From an uncultured Brevinematales bacterium (GTDB lineage: Bacteria; Spirochaetota; Brevinematia; Brevinematales; CAYRWR01), in the NCBI GenBank assembly GCA_964537555.1, contig CAZIAD010000011.1, positions 18,704 to 82,703 of the forward strand: a stretch of DNA of 64,000 nucleotides, in the 5' to 3' direction. The notes under the pieces were generated by a model, which saw only the letters and a list, made by a program, of their open reading frames with translations, searched no databases and had not been told where the DNA came from. Of this stretch, positions 1-9,040 are shown piece after piece (within the stretch, counting starts at the first letter, position 1; each line of letters begins with the position of its first letter). A program made the position numbers and the translations under genes.

Positions 1-1118
1 GAGGGGTGATAGAAGATAATATAGGGTGACTGGTCTGTATCGTATACCTCGATATAATAACCCTGCTGTACAGTCTTGTTCATTTTATTCTTTATCTTTT
101 TCTTCTTTTCATGGTGTACCGGCTTAGGCTTTTCAAAGAAGAACTGAAGGTCTACATACTGGTCATTGAACTTCTTTTCCTGTATGACCCATTCTTTCTT
201 TTCAAAGTTATAGATGGCCATCAGCTGCTTGGAGCCGGGGTCCAGAAAACGGATCTGGCCGTTATCGTTCTGGTTGATACGTATCAGATACCCAAACTGG
301 GTGGTGTTGTGCAGCTCCATCTTGATCGTACCTACCGGTTTGTCTTTGGAGTTCACTACGGGCTTGGGCTTTTCAAAGAAGAACTGAAGGTCTACATACT
401 GGTCATTAAACTTCTTTTCCTGTATGACCCACTCTTTCTTTTCAAAGTTATAGATGGCCATCAGTTTCTTGGAATCAGGGTCCAGAAAACGGATCTGGCC
501 GTTATCATTCTGATTGATTCGTATGAGATAACCGAACTGGGTGGTGTTGTGCAGCTCCATCTTGATCTCACCCACAGGCTTATCCTTGGAATTCACTACC
601 GGTTTAGGCTTTTCAAAGAAGAACTGAAGGTCCACATACTTGTCATTGAACTTCTTTTCCTGTATGACCCACTCTTTCTTCTCAAAGTTATAGATAGCCA
701 TCAGTTTCTTGGAATCAGGGTCCAGAAAACGGATCTGGCCGTTGTCATTTTGATTGATACGTATGAGATAACCGAACTGGGTGGTGTTGTGCAGCTCCAT
801 CTTGATCTCACCTTCCGGCTTATCACTGCGGGGAGGAGGAGGGATTTTGAAGAAAGTCTGGAGGTCGATAGCATCAGTGTTAAACTTCTTGTCGATCACG
901 ACCCAGCTGTAGGCTTCGTAATCATAGGCTCCCATCAATCGCTTGGAATCCGGATCGAGGAAACGGATCTGGTGATTATCGGCCTGGTTCATCCGGATGA
1001 GGTAGCCAAATTGCTCCGAATTGTGAAAGCTGAGGTCAATGTCACCGATAGGCTGCTCCTGAGCATACATGGGTAGCACCAGGGACATGAGCAATACAAA
1101 AAACATTATTCTTTTCAT
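1..1118 (-). CDS. Secreted tandem-repeat protein (four 80-aa repeats); C-terminus lies beyond the left window edge
   Basis: Minus-strand ATG at 1118 lies just downstream of AAGGAGAA. N-terminus MKRIMFFVLLMSLVLPMYAQ looks like a signal peptide. My hand translation stays open to base 1. It is absent from the ORF track because no stop is reached inside the window. Confidence 0.75.
   Translation of the reverse strand, partial: MKRIMFFVLLMSLVLPMYAQEQPIGDIDLSFHNSEQFGYLIRMNQADNHQIRFLDPDSKRLMGAYDYEAYSWVVIDKKFNTDAIDLQTFFKIPPPPRSDKPEGEIKMELHNTTQFGYLIRINQNDNGQIRFLDPDSKKLMAIYNFEKKEWVIQEKKFNDKYVDLQFFFEKPKPVVNSKDKPVGEIKMELHNTTQFGYLIRINQNDNGQIRFLDPDSKKLMAIYNFEKKEWVIQEKKFNDQYVDLQFFFEKPKPVVNSKDKPVGTIKMELHNTTQFGYLIRINQNDNGQIRFLDPGSKQLMAIYNFEKKEWVIQEKKFNDQYVDLQFFFEKPKPVHHEKKKKIKNKMNKTVQQGYYIEVYDTDQSPYIIFYHP
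121..1080. repeat. 240-bp tandem repeat array: three near-identical copies (121-360, 361-600, 601-840) plus a divergent fourth copy (841-~1080)
   Basis: Direct reading shows the motif ggcttaggcttttcaaagaagaactgaaggtc recurring at 121, 361 and 601 with period 240, a multiple of 3. The encoded unit is ..MELHNTTQFGYLIRINQNDNGQIRFLDPDSKKLMAIYNFEKKEWVIQEKKFND.YVDLQFFFEKPKP.. Confidence 0.9.
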
Positions 1119-1278
1119 GATTTTCTCCTTAACTCATTTTGAGATATGTATATGTATACCATCATTTTTAAAAATATACAAATAATTTACGGCTATTGTG
1201 ATGCATATCTCTCCCCGCAGGATCTCTGCATCTTTTAATTAGTTTTACCCCTTATTATAAAGCGCCGATATAGTTACT

Positions 1279-2157
1279 ATGGAAATAATTCAGGATTACC
1301 TTTTTTATCTGGAATATGAACGCCAATTGTCTGCCAATTCACGTAGTGCCTATCTGCATGACCTCACTGAATTTCAGGAGTATATCTCGCCTGCCGCTCT
1401 GACAGACATTAACAGGGAGGCCCTGTTCGAATTCATCGTATCTCAGCACGAGGCGGGTATCTCCCCCCGGACTATCGCCCGTAAGATATCAGCACTCAAG
1501 GGCCTGTACCAGTACCTGGTCCGCACCGAAAAGACTGATTTAAACCCGGTCGATTTTATAGATTCACCGCAATACCTGCAGGCCCTGCCTCACTTTCTGA
1601 GCCTGGAGGAAGTAGAAGCCCTCCTGGAAAAACACAGTGAAGACTTTTTCGAATACCGGGATAGCTGTATCATTGAGCTGCTCTACTCCCTGGGACTGAG
1701 GGTATCCGAGCTCTGTAATCTGAAACTGGGCGATATATACCTGGATACGGGTGTAGTCCGGGTCATAGGCAAGGGCAATAAAGAACGGGTCATTCCCATC
1801 GGCCAGTCTGCCCTGAGCAGGATCAGAGCATACCTTCCCTATCGCAAAGAAGTACTATCCGGCCTGAAAAGTGTGAATCAGCTCATACTGTCCCACCGGG
1901 GGCAGGCCCTGTCCCGGGTCAGTATATGGAGCATAATCAAAAAAAGAGCCCTGCTGTGCGGTATCACGAAGGACATCTCTCCTCATACCCTCAGGCACAG
2001 CTTTGCCACCCACCTGGTGGCTGCCGGGGCCGACCTCAGAGCTGTACAGGAGATGCTGGGCCATAGCGACATCTCTACCACCCAGATCTACACCCATGTG
2101 GGTAACCGCCTCATGCAGGAGAGTCATCAGAAGTATCATCCCCTGGAGAAAGATTAA
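1279..2157 (+). CDS. xerD: Tyrosine site-specific recombinase XerD
   Basis: GVVRVIGKGNKERVIPIG, HTLRHSFATHLVAAGADLRAVQEMLGHSDISTTQIYTHV and the C-terminal HQKYHP closely follow my recollection of E. coli XerD. Length of 292 aa is typical. Confidence 0.8.
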   Translation: MEIIQDYLFYLEYERQLSANSRSAYLHDLTEFQEYISPAALTDINREALFEFIVSQHEAGISPRTIARKISALKGLYQYLVRTEKTDLNPVDFIDSPQYLQALPHFLSLEEVEALLEKHSEDFFEYRDSCIIELLYSLGLRVSELCNLKLGDIYLDTGVVRVIGKGNKERVIPIGQSALSRIRAYLPYRKEVLSGLKSVNQLILSHRGQALSRVSIWSIIKKRALLCGITKDISPHTLRHSFATHLVAAGADLRAVQEMLGHSDISTTQIYTHVGNRLMQESHQKYHPLEKD

Positions 2158-5003
2158 AAGTCCACCCCGATCTGCCAGAAACTGCGCCAGTCAGCCAGAG
2201 GAGCCACCCCCCGCCCGTCATAGGTCGTGGCCAGGTCCACCATGAGCTTTATTCCCGGTAGTAATACCAGCCTGAATCCCATGCCCAGGCCCGCCTTGAG
2301 GTCATCAAATATCAGGATATCATTCTGCCGGTACCATAACTGGTAGGGCTGGTCCGACATCCAGGCAGACCCGAAATCACAGAACAGGACTCCCCAGATA
2401 GTAGGCAGCCTCAGGGGAATGGGAAAGCCAATAGTCCAGTCTATGATAAGGGGAAACCTGAATTCCAGATTAAGCAGGTACATATTGTCCCCGTTAAATG
2501 CAAAGAGGTCATATCCCCGGATGGAATTAAAGCCTCCCACGGTAAGGGGAAATTCCATACGGTCAGGGCCGAAGGACTTACCCACAACTGCACGAAATGC
2601 CAGGGAGTAATGAGGAAAAAGCATGATATACTGCCTGTAGTCGAAGAGCAGGCGGGTATAATCAATGGCATAGTCAAACAGGGCAAAGGACTTCTCCAGG
2701 CTGAGATCCAGCCGGATGCCGTCTACCGGGCCGGTAACATCCCATAAGGTGGCATCATAGACATAATTCAGAGCCAGGGTCTCCCGGTTTTGATAGCTGT
2801 AGTCAAACACATAATTGGTCCCCACCTGTGTCACGTTATCGATATACTTATAGGCCCTCACTCCCAGAGTGAGGTCCAGGCGGGAGAAAGTGGAAAAAGG
2901 ATAACTGGCTGTAGCAAAGCCTCCGGCGCTCCAGGCATAGTTCCGGTCCAGAAGAGTGAAAGACTCAAAGGTGTGAAACTCATAGAAATAATTGCTGAAG
3001 TTAAACAGCCTGAAGCCGAAATTTAGCCTGTGTTTGACATTGAGATAAGTGATATCAGCATTGATGTAGTCAAAAAAATTGGTCTGCAGCTGTATCTGGG
3101 AATCCAGGATGACCCGGAGCCGATGGTCACCCAGTAGATCACTCATGTCCATAATACCGATAAGGGCCATACCCTGCAGGGAAGTATTAAGGGCAAAGGC
3201 CCCGATCAGATTATCTACCGTCATCTCCAGACGGTACAGCTCAGGTGCCCGCAGCAGTGTGCGGCCAAAAACCGGCTCGGGTGCGACCGTCATAGTCCCG
3301 GCATCTGTTACTTTCACTGTGGTCACCCGGTTGGTGAGCACAGCTTTGTACTCATAGATATTAAAGTCATTATCCCGGTAGAGAGTAAACACTAACTTAT
3401 GGTCCATACCGAATGACGGAGACATGATACCTCCCCGGGGTATCAACTCCTGGTAGACTACACCTGTAGTAATGTCATAGACATAGAGCCCGGGATGATC
3501 ATCCACACTGGTAAAGGCAATCCACTTTCCATCTCCGGAGACAGCCGGGTACTCATCATTATAGCCCGAATCGATCACTGTGAGGGCTGCCTGGGCGGGA
3601 ATATCATAGATGAGCAGGTCCTTATCCCCGGACTCACTCCCCTGGTAACGCGTGGTGGCAAATACTATCCTGTCCGGGCTGATCCAGCGGGGCTGGGTAT
3701 CAAAATAGGGGTCGTCTGTGACCTGCTTCAGGTCCTGTGTAGTACGGTCATAGATATAGATGTCTACCTGTTGATCCCGGCTGGCCGCAAACAGGACCCT
3801 AAACCCATCCGGTGATATCTGGGGGGAATGTATTTCCCTGAAAGGCAGATCCAGGCCCTCAACTTTGCGGGTATACACATTCATGATCTGGATCACATCC
3901 TTGCCCCCGCTTCTGCTCACAAAACACAGTATATTAGTCCCTGACACAGACAGATTGTTTCTTTTACCATAATGAAACTCCAGGTAGTTCTCGGTAAATC
4001 CACCCTTGAGGAGACGGGCCAGCCTTCCGCTGCTTTTATCTGCTATTACAATAGAGGGATAAAGCATGCGGTCACTGATAAAGGCTACTCTTTTTGAATC
4101 CAGATATACCGGATTCATATTAAAATGACTGTCTTTGTTAAGTAAACGGCTGGCTTTGGCACTGACATTATCCAGGCCTATGGATACAGGCAGGTAGCGT
4201 GCCTTCAGGAAATCAAAAAACTCATCGTTTATAGCCTCCAGGTCCTTTTTGAAGACATTGGTCAGGACCTGCTGCAGGGAGCGGTTTGAGCTGATGGAGT
4301 GATTGATGCGGGGCAGGATATCCGGGCCGTATTTCTGTTCCGCAAAGTAGTAAAACATCTGCCCTTCTTTGTATACAAAGAAATAATAGCGCGGGTCCAG
4401 CTGATCCAGATAGCTGAGCTGCATCAGGCTGGGCAGGTGTCCGTAATACAGGGCATCGCTGATCATCATCTCTGATTCATAATCCAGGCCTATAGAAGCA
4501 TATTCCGCCATCCCTTCTATAAACCACAGAGGGACATTGATGTCCATGAGGGCCGTGATGCCGAAGTTCCCCCTGCCCCAGGTATGCCCCTGAAAAGCGT
4601 GAGTGAGCTCATGAGACAGGATGTGTTCAAAATTATAATAATCAGTGGAATAGGGTAATACTACCCGCCCTTTTACAAACTCGGTAAAGCCTCCCGTACC
4701 GGGCCCTATCATATCCTGGGCTACATTGTTCTGCTGAAAGTCGAGCTGATTGGGGTAGATCATGACCTTTATTTTCTGCAGGGGCCGGTAATCAAAAGTA
4801 AGGGCGTGCTTTTCATAGATATTCTCGGCGGTAGTGATGATCAGATTACTCATTGCCCGGTCATTTTCGGTGACATAGAGCCTGAAGTGCTCTGTCTCCA
4901 TGAGATACCATTTATATTCATGATAGGTCACTTTGTTCTTGCCAAATGAATGCAAAGATCCCATACCGGAAAAGAGTAATACGATTATTAAAATCCTTTT
5001 CAT
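2154..5003 (-). CDS. Omp85-family outer-membrane protein with N-terminal HExxH (peptidase MA-like) domain and TolB/PD40-like beta-propeller repeats
   Basis: Preferred start is the ATG at 5003 after AGGAGA, giving signal peptide MKRILIIVLLFSGMGSLHS. Motifs: LSHELTHAFQG ... WFIEGMAEY; PD40-like PQISPDGFRVLFAA and PAVSGDGKWIAFTS. The C-terminus (GGFNSIRGYD...GMGFRL...WQIGVDF) is Omp85-like and ends in Phe. Confidence 0.7.
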   Translation of the reverse strand: MKRILIIVLLFSGMGSLHSFGKNKVTYHEYKWYLMETEHFRLYVTENDRAMSNLIITTAENIYEKHALTFDYRPLQKIKVMIYPNQLDFQQNNVAQDMIGPGTGGFTEFVKGRVVLPYSTDYYNFEHILSHELTHAFQGHTWGRGNFGITALMDINVPLWFIEGMAEYASIGLDYESEMMISDALYYGHLPSLMQLSYLDQLDPRYYFFVYKEGQMFYYFAEQKYGPDILPRINHSISSNRSLQQVLTNVFKKDLEAINDEFFDFLKARYLPVSIGLDNVSAKASRLLNKDSHFNMNPVYLDSKRVAFISDRMLYPSIVIADKSSGRLARLLKGGFTENYLEFHYGKRNNLSVSGTNILCFVSRSGGKDVIQIMNVYTRKVEGLDLPFREIHSPQISPDGFRVLFAASRDQQVDIYIYDRTTQDLKQVTDDPYFDTQPRWISPDRIVFATTRYQGSESGDKDLLIYDIPAQAALTVIDSGYNDEYPAVSGDGKWIAFTSVDDHPGLYVYDITTGVVYQELIPRGGIMSPSFGMDHKLVFTLYRDNDFNIYEYKAVLTNRVTTVKVTDAGTMTVAPEPVFGRTLLRAPELYRLEMTVDNLIGAFALNTSLQGMALIGIMDMSDLLGDHRLRVILDSQIQLQTNFFDYINADITYLNVKHRLNFGFRLFNFSNYFYEFHTFESFTLLDRNYAWSAGGFATASYPFSTFSRLDLTLGVRAYKYIDNVTQVGTNYVFDYSYQNRETLALNYVYDATLWDVTGPVDGIRLDLSLEKSFALFDYAIDYTRLLFDYRQYIMLFPHYSLAFRAVVGKSFGPDRMEFPLTVGGFNSIRGYDLFAFNGDNMYLLNLEFRFPLIIDWTIGFPIPLRLPTIWGVLFCDFGSAWMSDQPYQLWYRQNDILIFDDLKAGLGMGFRLVLLPGIKLMVDLATTYDGRGVAPLADWRSFWQIGVDF

Positions 5004-5140
5004 GCTGCTCTCCTGATTAAGCTTATATAAAATACCAAAGCTAATCAAGATTTATTTTCTTTTTTTTAGATTTTTTTTCTGATTTAACAACTTTTAACAA
5101 GTTCAGGCGATTAAGGTAGACAAATAAACAGGAGGAAATC

Positions 5141-5500
5141 ATGGAAAACTATGTGAACATTGTGGTAGTACAAGGTGGAGTGGTAAAGGATCCGGAACTG
5201 GTGTATAACACTGACGGTTTAGGATGTTCCAAATTCCCTATCGCTTCATCCTGCATCGGTTACAAGCATGGTGAAAAGGCCCAGGATGTTAATTATTTTG
5301 AAGTCATTGCCTGGGGGAAACTGGCCGAAGTCTGTTCTACTTACCTGAAAAAAGGCAGAAGAGTGATAGTCTCCGGAAAGCTGAAGCAGAACCGCTGGAA
5401 AACCAGGGAGGGGAAATCACGCAGCCGTATCGAGATCATAGCCCAGGACGTAAAATTCCTGCCCCAAAAATCCCGGTCGGATGAACAGGTCTCTGCCTAA
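5141..5500 (+). CDS. ssb: Single-stranded DNA-binding protein (short, OB-fold only)
   Basis: NIVVVQGGVVKDPEL..YFEVIAWGKLAEVCSTYLKKGRRVIVSGKLKQNRWKTREGKSRSRIEIIAQDVKFL is a typical SSB OB fold. AGGAGG RBS is present. The protein is 119 aa and has no acidic C-terminal tip. Confidence 0.75.
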   Translation: MENYVNIVVVQGGVVKDPELVYNTDGLGCSKFPIASSCIGYKHGEKAQDVNYFEVIAWGKLAEVCSTYLKKGRRVIVSGKLKQNRWKTREGKSRSRIEIIAQDVKFLPQKSRSDEQVSA

Positions 5501-5506
5501 ACAAAA

Positions 5507-5530
5507 GGGGCTGCCTCGAAAGGCAGCCCC
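5507..5530. terminator. Bidirectional intrinsic terminator between convergent ssb and FecR-domain gene
   Basis: Perfect 10-bp stem ggggctgcct / aggcagcccc with loop cgaa, flanked by A-run upstream and T-run downstream. Confidence 0.75.
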
Positions 5531-5549
5531 TGATTTTTTATCTCACAGA

Positions 5550-7574
5550 CTAGAAGCCCATAGTGGTCTCAAGTCCTACAGAAGTGGTAGATACTCCTTC
5601 TGCATCATAGAACTGTTTGTAGGTAACCCCTACATAAGAATCAGTAGCGATCTCATAGAAGACCTGTCCGGTGATAACAGCATCGTTAAAGAACTTGCTC
5701 TTACCTACATTGGGGCCGCTTTCGATCTTACCGAAGAACTCGCCGGGGGCGAAGTTTTCACGGTCATACATGATCTTACCATAGGCTTTCTTAAACAGAC
5801 ACTTATCTACAAATATCTCGATATGAAGATAGTTGTTGGGAGCATTGGTGATCTCAGCCAGTGATCCGGGTATGGAGGGGAAGAGCTGTTCAAACTTCAG
5901 AGACAGTCCGCCTACCTTTTCCCAGGTCTTACCTGCTTCGATCATAAATCCGTCATAATTGGTGCCTTCAGTGTTAGCCAGGGTATCGATCTTTTCTGAG
6001 CGGGTCACGTCATAAAAAGCATTGACATAACCTACATCAAAACCACCGGTGGTGTGCCGGTATTCAGCCTTGTAATCGATCAGTCCCAGGATAGTACCCT
6101 TGAATCCGGCATTCACGCCCAATCCCTTGGCATATACCTGCTCCTGTCCGGGCAGCATATATCCCATAGTACCACCTTCGGCGTACAGATTGATAGAAGT
6201 ACCGAGGATATCTATGATAGGATACATCATGTCAGCGGCATAACCGATCACATTTCCGCTGTCTACATCTTTAGGGTCATAGTCTGCAAAAGCGGACAAA
6301 CCAAAAGATACTTTTTTGGCCAGCAGGCTTTTAGTGAAAGGACGGAAGAACAGGTGCAGTCCATACATCTCGAGGTTAAAGATATCGCCGATCAGGGTCT
6401 CAAACCCGAACTTACCGAAGTCCATATTATACTGCAGTCCTACCTTTCTGATAGCAGGAAACTCGATATCATTGGCATAGTTATCGATGAGCAATCCATG
6501 AGCCAGAGTCATATTAGGCATGGAACCGACTCTGAACAGGATCTGGGTCTTTTTGTCTTTAGGTGACTGGTAACCCATGTATCTGATCTTCAGGATCAGG
6601 TCATGCAGTAAGTCACCGATATCAAAAGGAGTATTGGGCAAAATACCAAAGTTCCACTCATCACCATTGTACCAGGTGGTACGGTTAGCCAGGTCTCCGA
6701 TATTCTGGAAATACACCGGCAGATACAGGGCCAGGGTGACATTACCCAGCTTCATAGTGGGGCTTAACAGGACTTTGTTCCAGTTGGTCCCGTCGATAGC
6801 TTCTGTAGCCACACTCCAGTTAAAGCCGGTGGGTGAACACTCTCCACTTACGGGTGCTTTGTTTTCAGGAGTGGTGGCTCCTTCAGGGGTTCCGTTATTG
6901 TCAGGCATATCGGTGTTGACATCAGGGGTATTGATCGTATTTCCACTGTTGTTTTTATCCGGGTCCGGTGTGGTGTTATTATTAGCGGGAGGTGCCTGCT
7001 GTCCAAACTGGGAGAACAGATTAGCGGGAGCCAGGCTGGGTTTGGTAAATGCCATTCCCGGTCCAAAAGAGCTGAACATTCCAGGGCCTACTGTTACTGG
7101 AGGATTCTTTCCGGTGGGGTCCTGCAGTTCTACTGAACCTTTCTTCACCACGAGCTTACCTTCTCCGAATCCAAACTCGGTCCCGCGTACAGCCGCTACA
7201 GCATTGTCGGTCTCTACTCTGAATTCCTGCCCGGTCTTTTTATTGACCTTGGCAAAAAGCTTTCCGGAGAAGAGCTTAAAGCCGGACTTTTTATTTTCCT
7301 GCAGGATAGCGTCTACCTTAATACTGGTTGTACCGAGAAGATTGATCTCGGATCCATCGGGCATAGACAGACTTACTGAGTCTGATACGCCCAGCACCCT
7401 GATGATTGCTCCCTCCGGAACTTTATCGTCTATACGGGCGGGTACCCAGTCAGCCGTTCCGATCTTGTATTGTACATCACCGGTGAAGGACACCACGGTC
7501 AGGTCAGCCCCGAACATCTGGGCTGCGGCCATCAGTAATCCTGCGATGATGAAGCTTCTCATTTTTTTAAACAT
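5550..7574 (-). CDS. FecR-domain secreted protein with Pro/Asn/Thr-rich linker and large C-terminal putative beta-barrel domain
   Basis: Signal peptide MFKKMRSFIIAGLLMAAAQMFG; FecR-like segment ending AVRGTEFGF; low-complexity linker PPANNNTTPDPDKNNSGNT. The C-terminal ~400 aa align by eye with the next gene and end in Phe. Confidence 0.6.
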   Translation of the reverse strand: MFKKMRSFIIAGLLMAAAQMFGADLTVVSFTGDVQYKIGTADWVPARIDDKVPEGAIIRVLGVSDSVSLSMPDGSEINLLGTTSIKVDAILQENKKSGFKLFSGKLFAKVNKKTGQEFRVETDNAVAAVRGTEFGFGEGKLVVKKGSVELQDPTGKNPPVTVGPGMFSSFGPGMAFTKPSLAPANLFSQFGQQAPPANNNTTPDPDKNNSGNTINTPDVNTDMPDNNGTPEGATTPENKAPVSGECSPTGFNWSVATEAIDGTNWNKVLLSPTMKLGNVTLALYLPVYFQNIGDLANRTTWYNGDEWNFGILPNTPFDIGDLLHDLILKIRYMGYQSPKDKKTQILFRVGSMPNMTLAHGLLIDNYANDIEFPAIRKVGLQYNMDFGKFGFETLIGDIFNLEMYGLHLFFRPFTKSLLAKKVSFGLSAFADYDPKDVDSGNVIGYAADMMYPIIDILGTSINLYAEGGTMGYMLPGQEQVYAKGLGVNAGFKGTILGLIDYKAEYRHTTGGFDVGYVNAFYDVTRSEKIDTLANTEGTNYDGFMIEAGKTWEKVGGLSLKFEQLFPSIPGSLAEITNAPNNYLHIEIFVDKCLFKKAYGKIMYDRENFAPGEFFGKIESGPNVGKSKFFNDAVITGQVFYEIATDSYVGVTYKQFYDAEGVSTTSVGLETTMGF

Positions 7575-7590
7575 TTGCTTCCTCCTCTAC

Positions 7591-8892
7591 CTAAAACTGA
7601 AATGAGGTACTGATAGTAGTAGTCTCAAATTCCTGCTGAACCCCGTTGGCATCCAGCTCATAACTCTTTTTCCAGTTGACTGTCAGGGCCAGGTCATCTG
7701 AAATCATATACTGTAATTCTGTCTGAAGTACAGAATCACCGGCATCATATTTAAAGATATCATTAAAATAGAAAATATTTGCCTTGTACCAGCTGAATCT
7801 GAATCCGATCTTTTTCAGGAGGTCTTTGGACAGTACCAGGTCAAACTGCAAAGTAGGTAAGATCTCATCATTAAATGAATCTTCGATAGTGATCAGGAAG
7901 GACAGCTTATCCTTGAGGATAGATAATCCGGAGGCAAACAGCAGTCCGGAGTAGGCATTGGTATAAGTATCCAGAGTACTGTACAATCCAGCCCGGTTTC
8001 CATCATAGAGCAGGTCGAAATAAGTGGTCCTGAACTTAGGCTGCAGGAACTTGACTTCCAGGCGGTAGGGGATCACTTTGATCAGTGTACCTTTTACTCC
8101 CAGTACTTCACCGGTACCGAAACCGGATCCTTTTCCTTCGATCACCATGAAGTCTGCATAAGCCAGCATATCGATGGCAAAGTTCTTCAGGATAATGGCT
8201 CCCAGGTCTACTCCCCAGGCGCTGACCTTGTAACTGTCGGGGTTATCTGAGAAAGAATAAGCCGAAGCATTGGTATTGGAATTGATAGAATTATAGATAT
8301 CCAGGTCTGCCACATAGGTAGCACCGATCTCCAGGGACTTGATGATAGGGATAGAAGTATTGATAAGAGGGCGGGCATAGACCCGTCCACCGATGATATC
8401 CCAGTCAAAGATATTATCCACCATGGTCTCAAAACCGGCAAACTTCAGGTCCAGGTCAAAGGCCAGGCCCAGCTTTCTGACGGCAGGATAGTTCAGGGTG
8501 TTATCATACTTGTACATGATCTGTCCGTGTCCCAGGGTAAAGTCATTGATGCCACCGATCTTTACAAAGACAGGAGCTTCCGACTTTTTACCGAAACGGA
8601 TATACTTGATCTTGGCCAGTACAGCCTGCCAGGTATTCCATTCTTCCATCCTGAGCTGCCAGTCTGAGTTAAACTCAAAGTTGACATCCAGGCCTACACC
8701 AAATTTACCCAGGTTCAGTTCAGGTTTCAGCTTAAAGAACTGGTAGTTGACCCCATCAATGGTGACATTACCAAATTCCAGTCCGAAATCAAAATCTGTC
8801 GTGCTGGCCGGGGGATTTTCATCTGAGAATCCGGGTACAGCAAACACTAGTGATGACAGCAAGACCATCATCAGAATCTTTAAGTATTTCAT
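7591..8892 (-). CDS. Putative outer-membrane beta-barrel protein, paralog of the C-terminal domain of the 5550-7574 product
   Basis: Signal peptide MKYLKILMMVLLSSLVFAVPG. YIRFGKKSEAPVFVKIGGINDFTLGHGQIMYKY..YPAVRKLGLAFDLDLKFAGFETMVDNIF parallels IRYMGYQSP...ILFRVGSMPNMTLAHGLLIDNY..FPAIRKVGLQYNMDFGKFGFETLIGDIF. Ends SFQF. Confidence 0.55.
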   Translation of the reverse strand: MKYLKILMMVLLSSLVFAVPGFSDENPPASTTDFDFGLEFGNVTIDGVNYQFFKLKPELNLGKFGVGLDVNFEFNSDWQLRMEEWNTWQAVLAKIKYIRFGKKSEAPVFVKIGGINDFTLGHGQIMYKYDNTLNYPAVRKLGLAFDLDLKFAGFETMVDNIFDWDIIGGRVYARPLINTSIPIIKSLEIGATYVADLDIYNSINSNTNASAYSFSDNPDSYKVSAWGVDLGAIILKNFAIDMLAYADFMVIEGKGSGFGTGEVLGVKGTLIKVIPYRLEVKFLQPKFRTTYFDLLYDGNRAGLYSTLDTYTNAYSGLLFASGLSILKDKLSFLITIEDSFNDEILPTLQFDLVLSKDLLKKIGFRFSWYKANIFYFNDIFKYDAGDSVLQTELQYMISDDLALTVNWKKSYELDANGVQQEFETTTISTSFQF

Positions 8893-9040
8893 CGCACACG
8901 CCTCCTGTTATTTAATAATCCAAGATTTAACATATATTGTATCTTAACATAGCTTTGGTAAATATCAAGTATTCATAGTGTTTTTCTGGCATTTTAAATG
9001 CCTTCGTTTTTTTAATATAATACTGCGATATACACCTTTT

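Noticed and set aside
111-1076. 321-aa plus-strand ORF spanning the tandem repeats
   Set aside because: It is an antisense shadow of the minus-strand repeat gene. It has no RBS and a Leu/Val/Phe-rich composition typical of reverse-frame translation. The minus strand has RBS, ATG, a signal peptide and a clean open frame.
1279-2157. Tyrosine recombinase as a marker of an integrated mobile element
   Set aside because: The sequence follows chromosomal XerD closely, and no att-like repeats, phage genes or plasmid genes flank it.
6577-7605. 342-aa plus-strand ORF
   Set aside because: It lies entirely antisense to the FecR-domain gene, has low-complexity Ser/Pro/Leu composition, and no start context.
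8987-9012. Hairpin ggcattt-t-aaatgcc followed by a T-run, as a plus-strand terminator or sRNA end
   Set aside because: The stem is short and AT-rich. No plus-strand gene or convincing promoter lies upstream. On the minus strand, downstream of the transporter, it lacks a T-run. Too weak to call.
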